Positions 24,661 to 32,000 of a DNA stretch of 32,000 nucleotides are shown here, in pieces; position 1 is the stretch's first letter; each line of letters begins with the position of its first letter. Source of the DNA: Gemmata obscuriglobus (GTDB lineage Bacteria; Planctomycetota; Planctomycetia; Gemmatales; Gemmataceae); contig NZ_CP042911.1 of assembly GCF_008065095.1 (NCBI RefSeq), positions 3,330,001 through 3,362,000 of the forward strand, read 5' to 3'. The notes beneath the pieces are model-generated. The model was not told the DNA's origin. It saw only the letters and a list, made by a program, of their open reading frames with translations, and searched no databases. Position numbers and translations under genes: made by a program.

Positions 24661-25467
24661 ATGAGCACAAGAACCGCCGCGCCCGATCCCGACGACGCCC
24701 GCCACCGGGTGCTCGAAGCGGTCCTGCTGCGCCTGGCCCGGCGGCCCGACGCGGGCGCGTTCGTGCTGCGCGGCGGTATGCTGATGCGGCACTGGTTCCG
24801 CCCGGTCCCGCGCCCGGCCGCCGATCTGGACCTCGTGGCGACGATTCCCTTCGCGGTTGAAGCGGCGGCGGGCCGCATCCTCCCGGCCCTTTCGAACGAC
24901 ATCGGTGACGGGGTGGGGTTCGACCTTGAGGAGACGCGCGCCGAAGGGATGTTTCTGGACACCGGCAGTCCCGGCGTGCGCGTGCGGTCGGTCGGCGTGT
25001 GTGACGGGGGCGAGGTCGATTTTCACATTGATGTCACCTTCGGCCCCTTCCCACGGCCCGCGCCGGTGCTGGGCGACATTCCGGCCGCGTCCGGTGCCGT
25101 CGCGCGGGTGTGGCACTGCCGGCCCGAGGCGGTCGTCGGGCAGAAGGTGCAGGCGCTGCGGCACCTGGGCATGCGGGGCTGGCGGCAAAAGGACCTCAAC
25201 GACCTCCGCCTCCTCCTCGCCCGCGGCGGCATGGACGAGGGGGACCTGCGCGACGCGGTTGCGGCATACCTCGGGGACCTCGGCGCGACCGGGGCCGACG
25301 CGCGGGCGCTGTTCGGCCCCTCGTCGTGGTGGGGCATGAAACTGTCCGCCGCCCGCTGGCTGGATTTCGTGCGAGAGGAGCGGGGGCAGCGCGTGCCGAA
25401 AGACCTCGCGGGCGTCGTCGCCGGGGTCGCGGCCCGCCTGACCCCGGTACTGGAGGGCTTGACATGA
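24661..25467 (+). CDS. AbiEii/AbiGii-like nucleotidyltransferase (DUF1814-type toxin family)
   Basis: NTase motif FVLRGGMLMRHWFRPVPRPAADLDLV (GG-x(n)-DLD) and downstream E..VGQKVQAL......KDLNDLRLL. ATG at 24661. Confidence 0.7.
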   Translation: MSTRTAAPDPDDARHRVLEAVLLRLARRPDAGAFVLRGGMLMRHWFRPVPRPAADLDLVATIPFAVEAAAGRILPALSNDIGDGVGFDLEETRAEGMFLDTGSPGVRVRSVGVCDGGEVDFHIDVTFGPFPRPAPVLGDIPAASGAVARVWHCRPEAVVGQKVQALRHLGMRGWRQKDLNDLRLLLARGGMDEGDLRDAVAAYLGDLGATGADARALFGPSSWWGMKLSAARWLDFVREERGQRVPKDLAGVVAGVAARLTPVLEGLT

Positions 25468-26981
25468 GCGGTGCGCTGGCCGGCGACTTTCGCGACTACA
25501 TTGTCGCGCACATCGACGAGGACACGCCGCGCCTCGCCTACGCCGACTGGCTCCAGGAGCAAGGGCGGGACGAGCGGGCCGAGTTCATCCGGGTGCAGGT
25601 CGAGCGGGCGCAACTTCCCACCTGGCACCCGGCGCAGGTGCGCCTGGCCCTGCGCGAGCGCACGCTGATCGAGCGGTACGGCGAGGAGTGGCTCGCGGAG
25701 CTGCCGGTCATTGAGGGCGCGCGGTGGGAGGGGTTCCGCCGGGGCATCGTCGCCGAGGTGTCGTTCGCCAGCTTCGAGGCGATGCGGAAGAACGCCCACG
25801 CGTGTCGGGCCGCGGCCCCGGTCGAGGCGGTCACCGTCCGCTGGCCGCGCCGCCGCGAGGGCGGCCGGACCGTGAATCCGATCGCCGAGCTGCGCGAACT
25901 CACCCTCACCGGGAACCCCGATTACGACGCGTTCGAGTGGGTGGCCGGGTCCCCGCAACTGGCCACCCTTCGCGGGCTGACGGCCCGCAGCCTGTGGGGC
26001 GCTTCGCTCGGGGTGCTGGCCGGCTCGCCCCACCTGGCGAACCTGAAATCGCTTTGCCTGCCGTCGAACAATCTCGGCAACGAGGGGATCTTCGGTCTGG
26101 CGAAAGCGGTCACCTTGTCCGCTCTCGAGGAGCTGGACTTTTCCTCGCAGAGCCGGCACGAGCGGTACATTCACGACCCGGTCATCCGGGCGGCCGGGAT
26201 GGGGGCGCTCATCGGCTGGTCCGGCCTGGCTACCGTGCGGGCGCTGACCCTGAACGGGAACGACGTGAGCCGGGACGGCCTGAGGGCCTTGCTGCGCTCG
26301 CCGCACGTCGCGGGGTTGAAGCACCTGTCTTTACGCGACGGGCAACTGGACGGTCAGGCGATGGCGGAGTTCGATTCCGCGCGTCCGGACCTTCGACTGG
26401 AAACGCTGGACCTCGGCCAGAACGTGCTTCAAAACGTCGGCGCGGAGTACGTCGCGCTGGCCCCGTGTTTGTGCGAACTGAAGGCCCTTCGGCTCGACCG
26501 GTGCGAGGTTCGGCTCACCGGCGCCCGCGTGCTCGCGAAGAAGGCCGCGTTCCTCGACGGGCTGCGGCTGCTGGACATCGGTCACAACCACTTTGGCCCG
26601 GCCGGGCTCGGCGCGCTCTTGGAGCGCCCGCCGGCGGCGCTCCACACCCTCCGGGTGCGCGACAACGACCTCACGGCCGAGGGGGCCGAGCTGCTGGCCG
26701 CGGCACCGGCGTCGGACACCCTGCTGGAACTAGACCTGTGTCGGAACCGGCTGGGCGCACGTGCGGTGCGGGCGCTGGGGGAGGCCGAGCACTTGCGGGG
26801 TTTGTTGGTGTTACGCCTCGCCGACAATCCGATCCGGGCGCGGGACGCCGAGGCGCTGGCCGCGTCCCCACTCGGCCGGCGTTTGGCCGTACTGGAATTG
26901 GAAGCTCCGGAGCCGGACGGGCCGGGCGCCGACCAACTGGAGCCGGACGAGCCGGATACGGACGAGCCGATTCCGTTCTGA
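25464..26981 (+). CDS. TIGR02996-type repeat-companion domain plus RNI-like leucine-rich repeat protein (505 aa)
   Basis: N-terminus DTPRLAYADWLQEQGRDERAEFIRVQ. It is followed by about 28-aa repeats of type L..L.L..N.LG..G...LA.SP.L..L. The tail is acidic (EPDEPDTDEPIPF). The ATG overlaps the upstream stop (ATGA at 25464-25467). Confidence 0.85.
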   Translation: MSGALAGDFRDYIVAHIDEDTPRLAYADWLQEQGRDERAEFIRVQVERAQLPTWHPAQVRLALRERTLIERYGEEWLAELPVIEGARWEGFRRGIVAEVSFASFEAMRKNAHACRAAAPVEAVTVRWPRRREGGRTVNPIAELRELTLTGNPDYDAFEWVAGSPQLATLRGLTARSLWGASLGVLAGSPHLANLKSLCLPSNNLGNEGIFGLAKAVTLSALEELDFSSQSRHERYIHDPVIRAAGMGALIGWSGLATVRALTLNGNDVSRDGLRALLRSPHVAGLKHLSLRDGQLDGQAMAEFDSARPDLRLETLDLGQNVLQNVGAEYVALAPCLCELKALRLDRCEVRLTGARVLAKKAAFLDGLRLLDIGHNHFGPAGLGALLERPPAALHTLRVRDNDLTAEGAELLAAAPASDTLLELDLCRNRLGARAVRALGEAEHLRGLLVLRLADNPIRARDAEALAASPLGRRLAVLELEAPEPDGPGADQLEPDEPDTDEPIPF

Positions 26982-27718
26982 TGGCCGCTCTGGCGCGCAC
27001 TGTGAGTGTCCGGGTGCGAATGCACACCCGACATCCGGCCGCCGCGGCAAAATCCCCTACTGACATCTGCCGGGTATATCCGCTGTGCCGGCATTCTCCG
27101 CGCGAGGCGGGCCGTTAACACGTACCGCCCGCACCGCACCTGTCGCGGTCCCAGCGCTTCGGGTGCCCGTGAGGCGCGTTGTGCGACGGAAAACCGGCGC
27201 CGCACTGGTGAACCCGGCTCACCGACGACCCGGGCGAGCCGGTTCCGCCAGTTGCTGGCCTCGCGGCGATCGAGGTCCATCCGGGCGCACACCGCGTTCT
27301 CAGCTCGCGAGACGGTGTGACGGGAGCCGCCGCCGCATGGGCTACACCCACGGGGCGCCGACTGGACATCCGCTGGCGTTCGACTGGTCTACGGAGTGGC
27401 GATTCACTGGGTGGTCGCTACCACCGAATCGCGCGTCTCAACCCCCAGACGTAGCTCCCGGCGCCGGGACCGGTGAGATGATGGTTTTTGGATGTAAAGT
27501 GTTTTAGGGATGTAACTTGTGGAAATTTTTTGCGTCGAGAGGCTGCGCTGCTCGCATGGGGACCGGACGCTTGCGGCCCGAAATTGGTGGAGGTACGGCT
27601 CGGCGCGAACTTCCGGAACGACCCCGAGGGAGAAATGAGGTGGGATAAGACCCGATGTGCCGACCGCACGGCTCACAGAGGGCCAGCGAACGAGACGGGA
27701 TTTGTTACCGTTCCGGCC

Positions 27719-30619
27719 TCATTCCCCGCCAACCAACATTTCGAGCGGGTGCCGTGCGATCCGCCCGGTGAGGTCGCGGATCTGGTGGCGGCACGATGTG
27801 CCCGTCGCAACGACGACCGCGTCGGGGTTCGCGTCGAGCGCGGGCACCAGTTCGAGGTTCGCGATTTTCACGCTGATGTCGTAGTGCTGTTTCTCGTACC
27901 CGAAGGCGCCGGCCATTCCGCAGCATCCCGCGTCGAGAGTGGTGAGGTTAAGCCCGTGAATCAAACGCAGAGCGTCCTGAGTGCCCTTGGAACCGACGAG
28001 CGCCTTTTGGTGGCAGTGCGGGTGCAGCAGCGCCTTGCCCGCGAAGGTCGGGGCGGCGAGTTCGAGCCCGTTGTCGCGGGCCTGTCGGGCGAGCCACGCG
28101 TCGGCCATTTCGGCGGCTCCCGCGACACGTTTGGCCGCGGCGCCGGGCACCAGCTCCGGCCACTCGTCGGCGAGGGACAGGAGGCAACTCGGTTCCAGTC
28201 CGAGAATCGGTATCCCCTTGGACGCGAAGTGGTCGAGTTTGGCGATGCCGTCGCGAGCCAAGGCGCGGGCCTCGGTGAGGAACCCCTTCGAGATCATCGC
28301 CCGGCCGCAGCAGATGCCCGCCAGTTCGACCGTGTACCCGGCGCGCTCCAGAACCGTGACCGCGGCACGCCCGATGTGAGGCTCCTGGTACGTGGTGAAA
28401 CAGTCGTCGAGCAGGACGACCCGGCGAGCGTCCCGCGTACCGCTCTCGCGTTTGCCGTATTCCGTTCGCCGGGTGAACCACTTCCGGAAGTGGTGGTTGT
28501 GCCACTCGGGGAGGCTACGCCGGCGGTCGATGCCGGCGAGATCTTCGATCGCGCGCCGAACGAGCGGTCGCCGCGCGAGCCAGTTGTTCAGCCCCGCGAA
28601 GCGGGCCGCGAGCGGGCTCAACCGGTGAACGTGCTTCACCAGCAGGTGCCCCAGCGGGCGCGGGCGCCGCGCGTAGTACGCCTGAAGGAATTCGGCCTTC
28701 AGCTTCGCCAGGTCGACGTTGCTCGGGCACTCGGACTTACACGCCTTGCACGAGAGGCACAGGTCCATTACGTCCAGAATCCACCGCTGTCCGATCGGGG
28801 CGTGCCGGCTGCGGGGCGGGTCGTTGGTGAGTGCCAGGCGCAGGGCGTTGGCGCGGGCGCGGGTGGTGTCCTGTTCGTCCTTGGTGGCGCGGTAGCTCGG
28901 GCACATCGCGCCGCCCTGCGTCTTGCGACACACGCCGGCCCCGTTACACAACTCCACACTGCGGAAGAACCCGCCCTGTCTGGAGAAATCGAGCACCGTG
29001 GGCGGGTCGGTTGCGGGCACCTTTCCGGGCGGGACGCGCATGTCCGCTTCCATCGCCGGCGCGTCCACGATCTTGCCGGGGTTGAGCACGTTGCCGGGGT
29101 CGAACCCGCGCTTGATGTGACGGAACGCATCATACACCACCGGCCCGAACATCTTGCGGTTCCACTCGCTCCGCACCAGCCCGTCGCCGTGCTCGCCGCT
29201 CAGGCTGCCGCCGAACTCGAGCACGAGGTCGGTCACGTCCTCCATGATCTTCCGCATGGCGGCGAGCCCGCTCGCCTCGTGGATGTTGAGCACCGGGCGG
29301 ATGTGCAGGCACCCGACGCTCGCGTGGCCGTAGAACGCGCCGTCGGTGCCGTGCCGGTGGAAGATCTCGCGGAACCGCGCCGCGAACTCCGGGAGGCGCT
29401 CGGGGCGCACCGCCGTGTCCTCGCAGAACGTGACCGGTTTGGCGTCGCTCGGCATCCCGTAGAGCAGAGGGACGGCCGAACTCCGGAGCGCCCAAAGGGG
29501 ATCGCGGACCCCCGGGTCCAGTGCCGGGACGACCGCGGTGAGGCCGGCGCAGGCGCCCAGCCGGCGCTGGAGTTCGTGGACGCGGTACGACACGTCGGAG
29601 GCGTCGTCGGCGCTGAACTCGACCATCAGGAGCGCTTCCGGGCGGCCCCGGACCGCGGCCATCGTGTCCTTGAGGGAACGCTGTTCGCGGGCGAGGTCGA
29701 TCAGCATCCGGTCCATCAACTCGACGGCGGACGGGCCGAGTTCCAGGCACGCCTGAAGCGCGTCGAGGGCCGCGCCGAGCGACGCGAACTGCGGCACCAG
29801 CAGCCCGCGGTGCTTGGGGCGCGGGACCAGCGCGAGTTCAGCCTCCGCGGTGACCGCCAGCGTGCCCTCGCTGCCTACCAACAGAGGGACCAGCGAGCGC
29901 GGCTCTTTAACAAGGGCCGCGAGGTTGTACCCGGACACCTTCCGCACGATGTCCGGCGTGCGGGCACGGATCTCGTTCGCGCACCCGCGGACGACACGGT
30001 CCGCGGTGCGGTAAGCTTCGCCTTCAAGCGTGCGCAACTCCATCTTGCGCTCGTGCTCGAGTTCGGACAGCGGGCCGAACTCGGCCCGGGTGCCGTCGGC
30101 GAGCACCGCCGTGAGCGACCGCACGTGATCGACGGTCTGGCGGTACACCACCGACCGGGCGCCGGCGGAGTTGTTCCCAATCATCCCGCCGAGGGTGGCG
30201 CGGCTGGCGGTCGCGACATCGGGACCGAACATCAGCCCGTGCGGCGCCAGCGCCCGGTTCAGGTGGTCCAGCACCACCCCCGGCTGAACGCGGACGCGGC
30301 GGCCGGAAACGTCGAGCTCGCCGATCGCGTTGAGGTGCTTCGAGCAGTCGATGACGATGCCCGGCCCGATGCTCTGGCCCGACAGGCTGGTCCCGCCGCC
30401 GCGGGCGGTGATCGGGACGTTCAGCTCCGCGGCGATCTGCACCGTCACCGTCAGATCGTCGATGGTCCGCGGCAGCACGACCCCGAGCGGGCGCACCTGG
30501 TAGTGGCTGGCGTCGGTGGAGTAGAGGTGGCGGGAGGTGTCGTCGAACCGCACCTCGCCGCTGACGTGCCGGCGGAGGTAGCGGACCAGCGAGTCCCGGC
30601 GTGCGGTCGCGAAGTCCAT
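27719..30619 (-). CDS. Fused FAD-linked oxidase / Fe-S / CCG-domain oxidoreductase (GlcD-GlcF-like, D-2-hydroxyacid or glycolate dehydrogenase type)
   Basis: FAD-binding PCMH-type N-terminus (ITARGGGTSLSGQS). Ferredoxin-like clusters CNGAGVCRKTQGGAMCP and CLSCKACKSECP. Cys-rich CCG motifs ICCGRAM, DAGCCGMAGAFG and TGTSCRHQI. Confidence 0.9.
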   Translation of the reverse strand: MDFATARRDSLVRYLRRHVSGEVRFDDTSRHLYSTDASHYQVRPLGVVLPRTIDDLTVTVQIAAELNVPITARGGGTSLSGQSIGPGIVIDCSKHLNAIGELDVSGRRVRVQPGVVLDHLNRALAPHGLMFGPDVATASRATLGGMIGNNSAGARSVVYRQTVDHVRSLTAVLADGTRAEFGPLSELEHERKMELRTLEGEAYRTADRVVRGCANEIRARTPDIVRKVSGYNLAALVKEPRSLVPLLVGSEGTLAVTAEAELALVPRPKHRGLLVPQFASLGAALDALQACLELGPSAVELMDRMLIDLAREQRSLKDTMAAVRGRPEALLMVEFSADDASDVSYRVHELQRRLGACAGLTAVVPALDPGVRDPLWALRSSAVPLLYGMPSDAKPVTFCEDTAVRPERLPEFAARFREIFHRHGTDGAFYGHASVGCLHIRPVLNIHEASGLAAMRKIMEDVTDLVLEFGGSLSGEHGDGLVRSEWNRKMFGPVVYDAFRHIKRGFDPGNVLNPGKIVDAPAMEADMRVPPGKVPATDPPTVLDFSRQGGFFRSVELCNGAGVCRKTQGGAMCPSYRATKDEQDTTRARANALRLALTNDPPRSRHAPIGQRWILDVMDLCLSCKACKSECPSNVDLAKLKAEFLQAYYARRPRPLGHLLVKHVHRLSPLAARFAGLNNWLARRPLVRRAIEDLAGIDRRRSLPEWHNHHFRKWFTRRTEYGKRESGTRDARRVVLLDDCFTTYQEPHIGRAAVTVLERAGYTVELAGICCGRAMISKGFLTEARALARDGIAKLDHFASKGIPILGLEPSCLLSLADEWPELVPGAAAKRVAGAAEMADAWLARQARDNGLELAAPTFAGKALLHPHCHQKALVGSKGTQDALRLIHGLNLTTLDAGCCGMAGAFGYEKQHYDISVKIANLELVPALDANPDAVVVATGTSCRHQIRDLTGRIARHPLEMLVGGE

Positions 30620-30674
30620 ACGCTCAGGGTATGCGCCCGGGGGAGGGGAGGGCAGGAACCGCGGGGCGCGAAAA

Positions 30675-31988
30675 TCAGATCGGGTTCAGGAGGCCGATCA
30701 GTCGCAACGCGATCACAACAACGATGCCGGCGAGCAGCGGCCCGGCGACCCGCTTCACGAGCGTGAACGGGTTCGTGTTGGTCAGCGTGCCGCACATCAG
30801 CACCACCGCCGCCACCGGCGACATGGTCCGGCCCGCGGCGCTGCCCAGCGAGACCAGGGCGCCGATGGCCACGGGGTCGAGCCCGAGCCGCTCAGCCGGC
30901 CCGTGAAAGAACTCGTAGAGGCTCTGCGTGCTCGCCATCCCGGACCCGCAGATGGCGGCGAACGCGAGCGGCACAAGTGCGGCCAGCGGGAGCATCAGGT
31001 GGGGCGCGTCCGCGATGAGGACGCCGAGCGTGTCCGCCAACCCCGCGGCCTTGATCGCCTTGCCGAAGCAGTTCGCGGTGACGATGAGGCTGATGATGTT
31101 CGTGAACCCGTACCCGGCCCCCGCGAAGAACTCCTTCACGCAGTCGCGGGACCGCCCCGGCGCAGCCGCCGCGGCGCACAGCACCCCGACCAGCATCGCG
31201 AGCCCGATGAGCCGGCTGCCATAGGCCGGGTTGCGGGCACCGCCGGGAGCGTCGCCGACTACCCACACCGCGGGGACCTCGACCGCGCTGAACGGCGGCG
31301 CCGCGGCGAACAGCAGCACCAGCGGGACCAGTGGTACGGACGCCTTCAACAGGCTGATGCGCTCGGGGGACGGAGACGGGGGGGCGGCCGGTTCGGCGGC
31401 CGCCGGCCCCTCACTCCGGCGCTCCCACCACACGCTCATGGCCCACAGCACGCCGGCTGAGACTGCCAACTGTGTGAACACCAGCGGCGGCAGATAACTC
31501 CCGGCCTGAACGGTGGTGCGGACCTTGGTCACGGACTCAACGGTCAGCAGCTCCGGGGCGCCGGGGTTCAGCAACTCCCCGCCCACGGAAGCGCCGAGCA
31601 GCAGGCACGCGCCGACGGTGGCCATCGAGTACCCGGCGGCCCGCATCAGCGGCACGACCACCGCGCCCAGGCACACCGCGGTGCTGGTCTGGCTCACGAG
31701 CGGGATGTTGACGACGAAACCGACGGCGATCACGCCGGGGACGAGGAGCCCGCGCACGTATCGGAGCGGGTTGACGAGCAGCAAGATGAGGTGCCGTTCG
31801 CACCCGGTATGCTTGAGGACGTAAGCGAACCCCATCGCGGTGCAGATCGGGACGACGAACTTTTCATTGGAGAATGTCGCCAGGAATTCGCTGACCACCA
31901 CCCACGGGGCGCCCGCAGCGCTTGCGATGATTAGAGCCGCAGCGAGCAGCACCAGCCGCACGTCCCAGCCCCGAACGACCAGCGTCAC
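30675..31988 (-). CDS. DcuC-like C4-dicarboxylate/organic acid carrier (multi-pass membrane protein)
   Basis: About 12 hydrophobic segments. The region CTAMGFAYVLKHTGCERHLILLLVNPL...VSQTSTAVCLGAVVVPLM resembles the DcuC family. The frame stays open upstream of the GTG at 31988 to the window edge, so the start is uncertain. Confidence 0.7.
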   Translation of the reverse strand: MTLVVRGWDVRLVLLAAALIIASAAGAPWVVVSEFLATFSNEKFVVPICTAMGFAYVLKHTGCERHLILLLVNPLRYVRGLLVPGVIAVGFVVNIPLVSQTSTAVCLGAVVVPLMRAAGYSMATVGACLLLGASVGGELLNPGAPELLTVESVTKVRTTVQAGSYLPPLVFTQLAVSAGVLWAMSVWWERRSEGPAAAEPAAPPSPSPERISLLKASVPLVPLVLLFAAAPPFSAVEVPAVWVVGDAPGGARNPAYGSRLIGLAMLVGVLCAAAAAPGRSRDCVKEFFAGAGYGFTNIISLIVTANCFGKAIKAAGLADTLGVLIADAPHLMLPLAALVPLAFAAICGSGMASTQSLYEFFHGPAERLGLDPVAIGALVSLGSAAGRTMSPVAAVVLMCGTLTNTNPFTLVKRVAGPLLAGIVVVIALRLIGLLNPI

Positions 31989-32000
31989 GGCCGCAACGAC

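Noticed and set aside
25110-25463. Upstream extension of the LRR ORF (623-aa version)
   Set aside because: It overlaps the AbiEii-like gene. The extension is an Arg/Gly/Pro-rich artefact, and the conserved N-terminal module starts right after the ATG at 25464.
27488-30766. 1092-aa plus-strand ORF
   Set aside because: It is antisense to the FAD/Fe-S oxidoreductase gene, which has unambiguous cofactor motifs. Its composition is Arg/Ala/Gly/Val-rich and motif-free.
1-32000. CRISPR arrays, rRNA genes, transposases and prophage genes
   Set aside because: I saw no regularly spaced short direct repeats, no rRNA-like conserved stretches, and no transposase, integrase or phage structural motifs in any frame. 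The two 208-nt repeats are 2.6 kb apart and fit retron ncRNAs, not CRISPR.

Overview
High-GC bacterial chromosomal segment. The gene content looks like Planctomycetota, probably Gemmataceae: an N-terminal repeat-companion domain of the TIGR02996 type on an LRR protein, a Ser/Thr kinase fused to an FGE-sulfatase domain, and a secreted Cys-type sulfatase. I support about 26 CDS, one initiator tRNA, two proline-racemase-family gene remnants and several intergenic palindromic repeats. I saw no rRNA, CRISPR array, transposase or integrase. The main result is a retron locus at about 1-6.2 kb. It has a retron-type reverse transcriptase (4515-6125) with a roughly 200-aa N-terminal extension, and a 208-nt msr-msd-like ncRNA ends 20 nt upstream of it. 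A second 208-nt copy of that ncRNA lies 2.6 kb further upstream (1703-1910). The two copies share the msr-like 5' part, the hairpin loop and the 3' part, but their terminal a1/a2 stems and 26-27 bp hairpin stems differ in sequence with compensatory changes. A SWIM zinc-finger protein and a small membrane-anchored protein are encoded between the copies, and a helical-repeat protein lies upstream. The second point is a macro domain / RlmN-like radical SAM / AbiEii-like nucleotidyltransferase / TIGR02996-LRR cluster at 23.0-27.0 kb, a possible conflict-system cluster. The rest is ordinary metabolism and housekeeping: sulfatase, M16 peptidase pair, ThiS-ThiG, DapA-like, AMP-nucleosidase-like, FAD/Fe-S oxidase and a DcuC-like carrier. 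All calls come from reading the sequence and ORF translations by eye; no searches were run.
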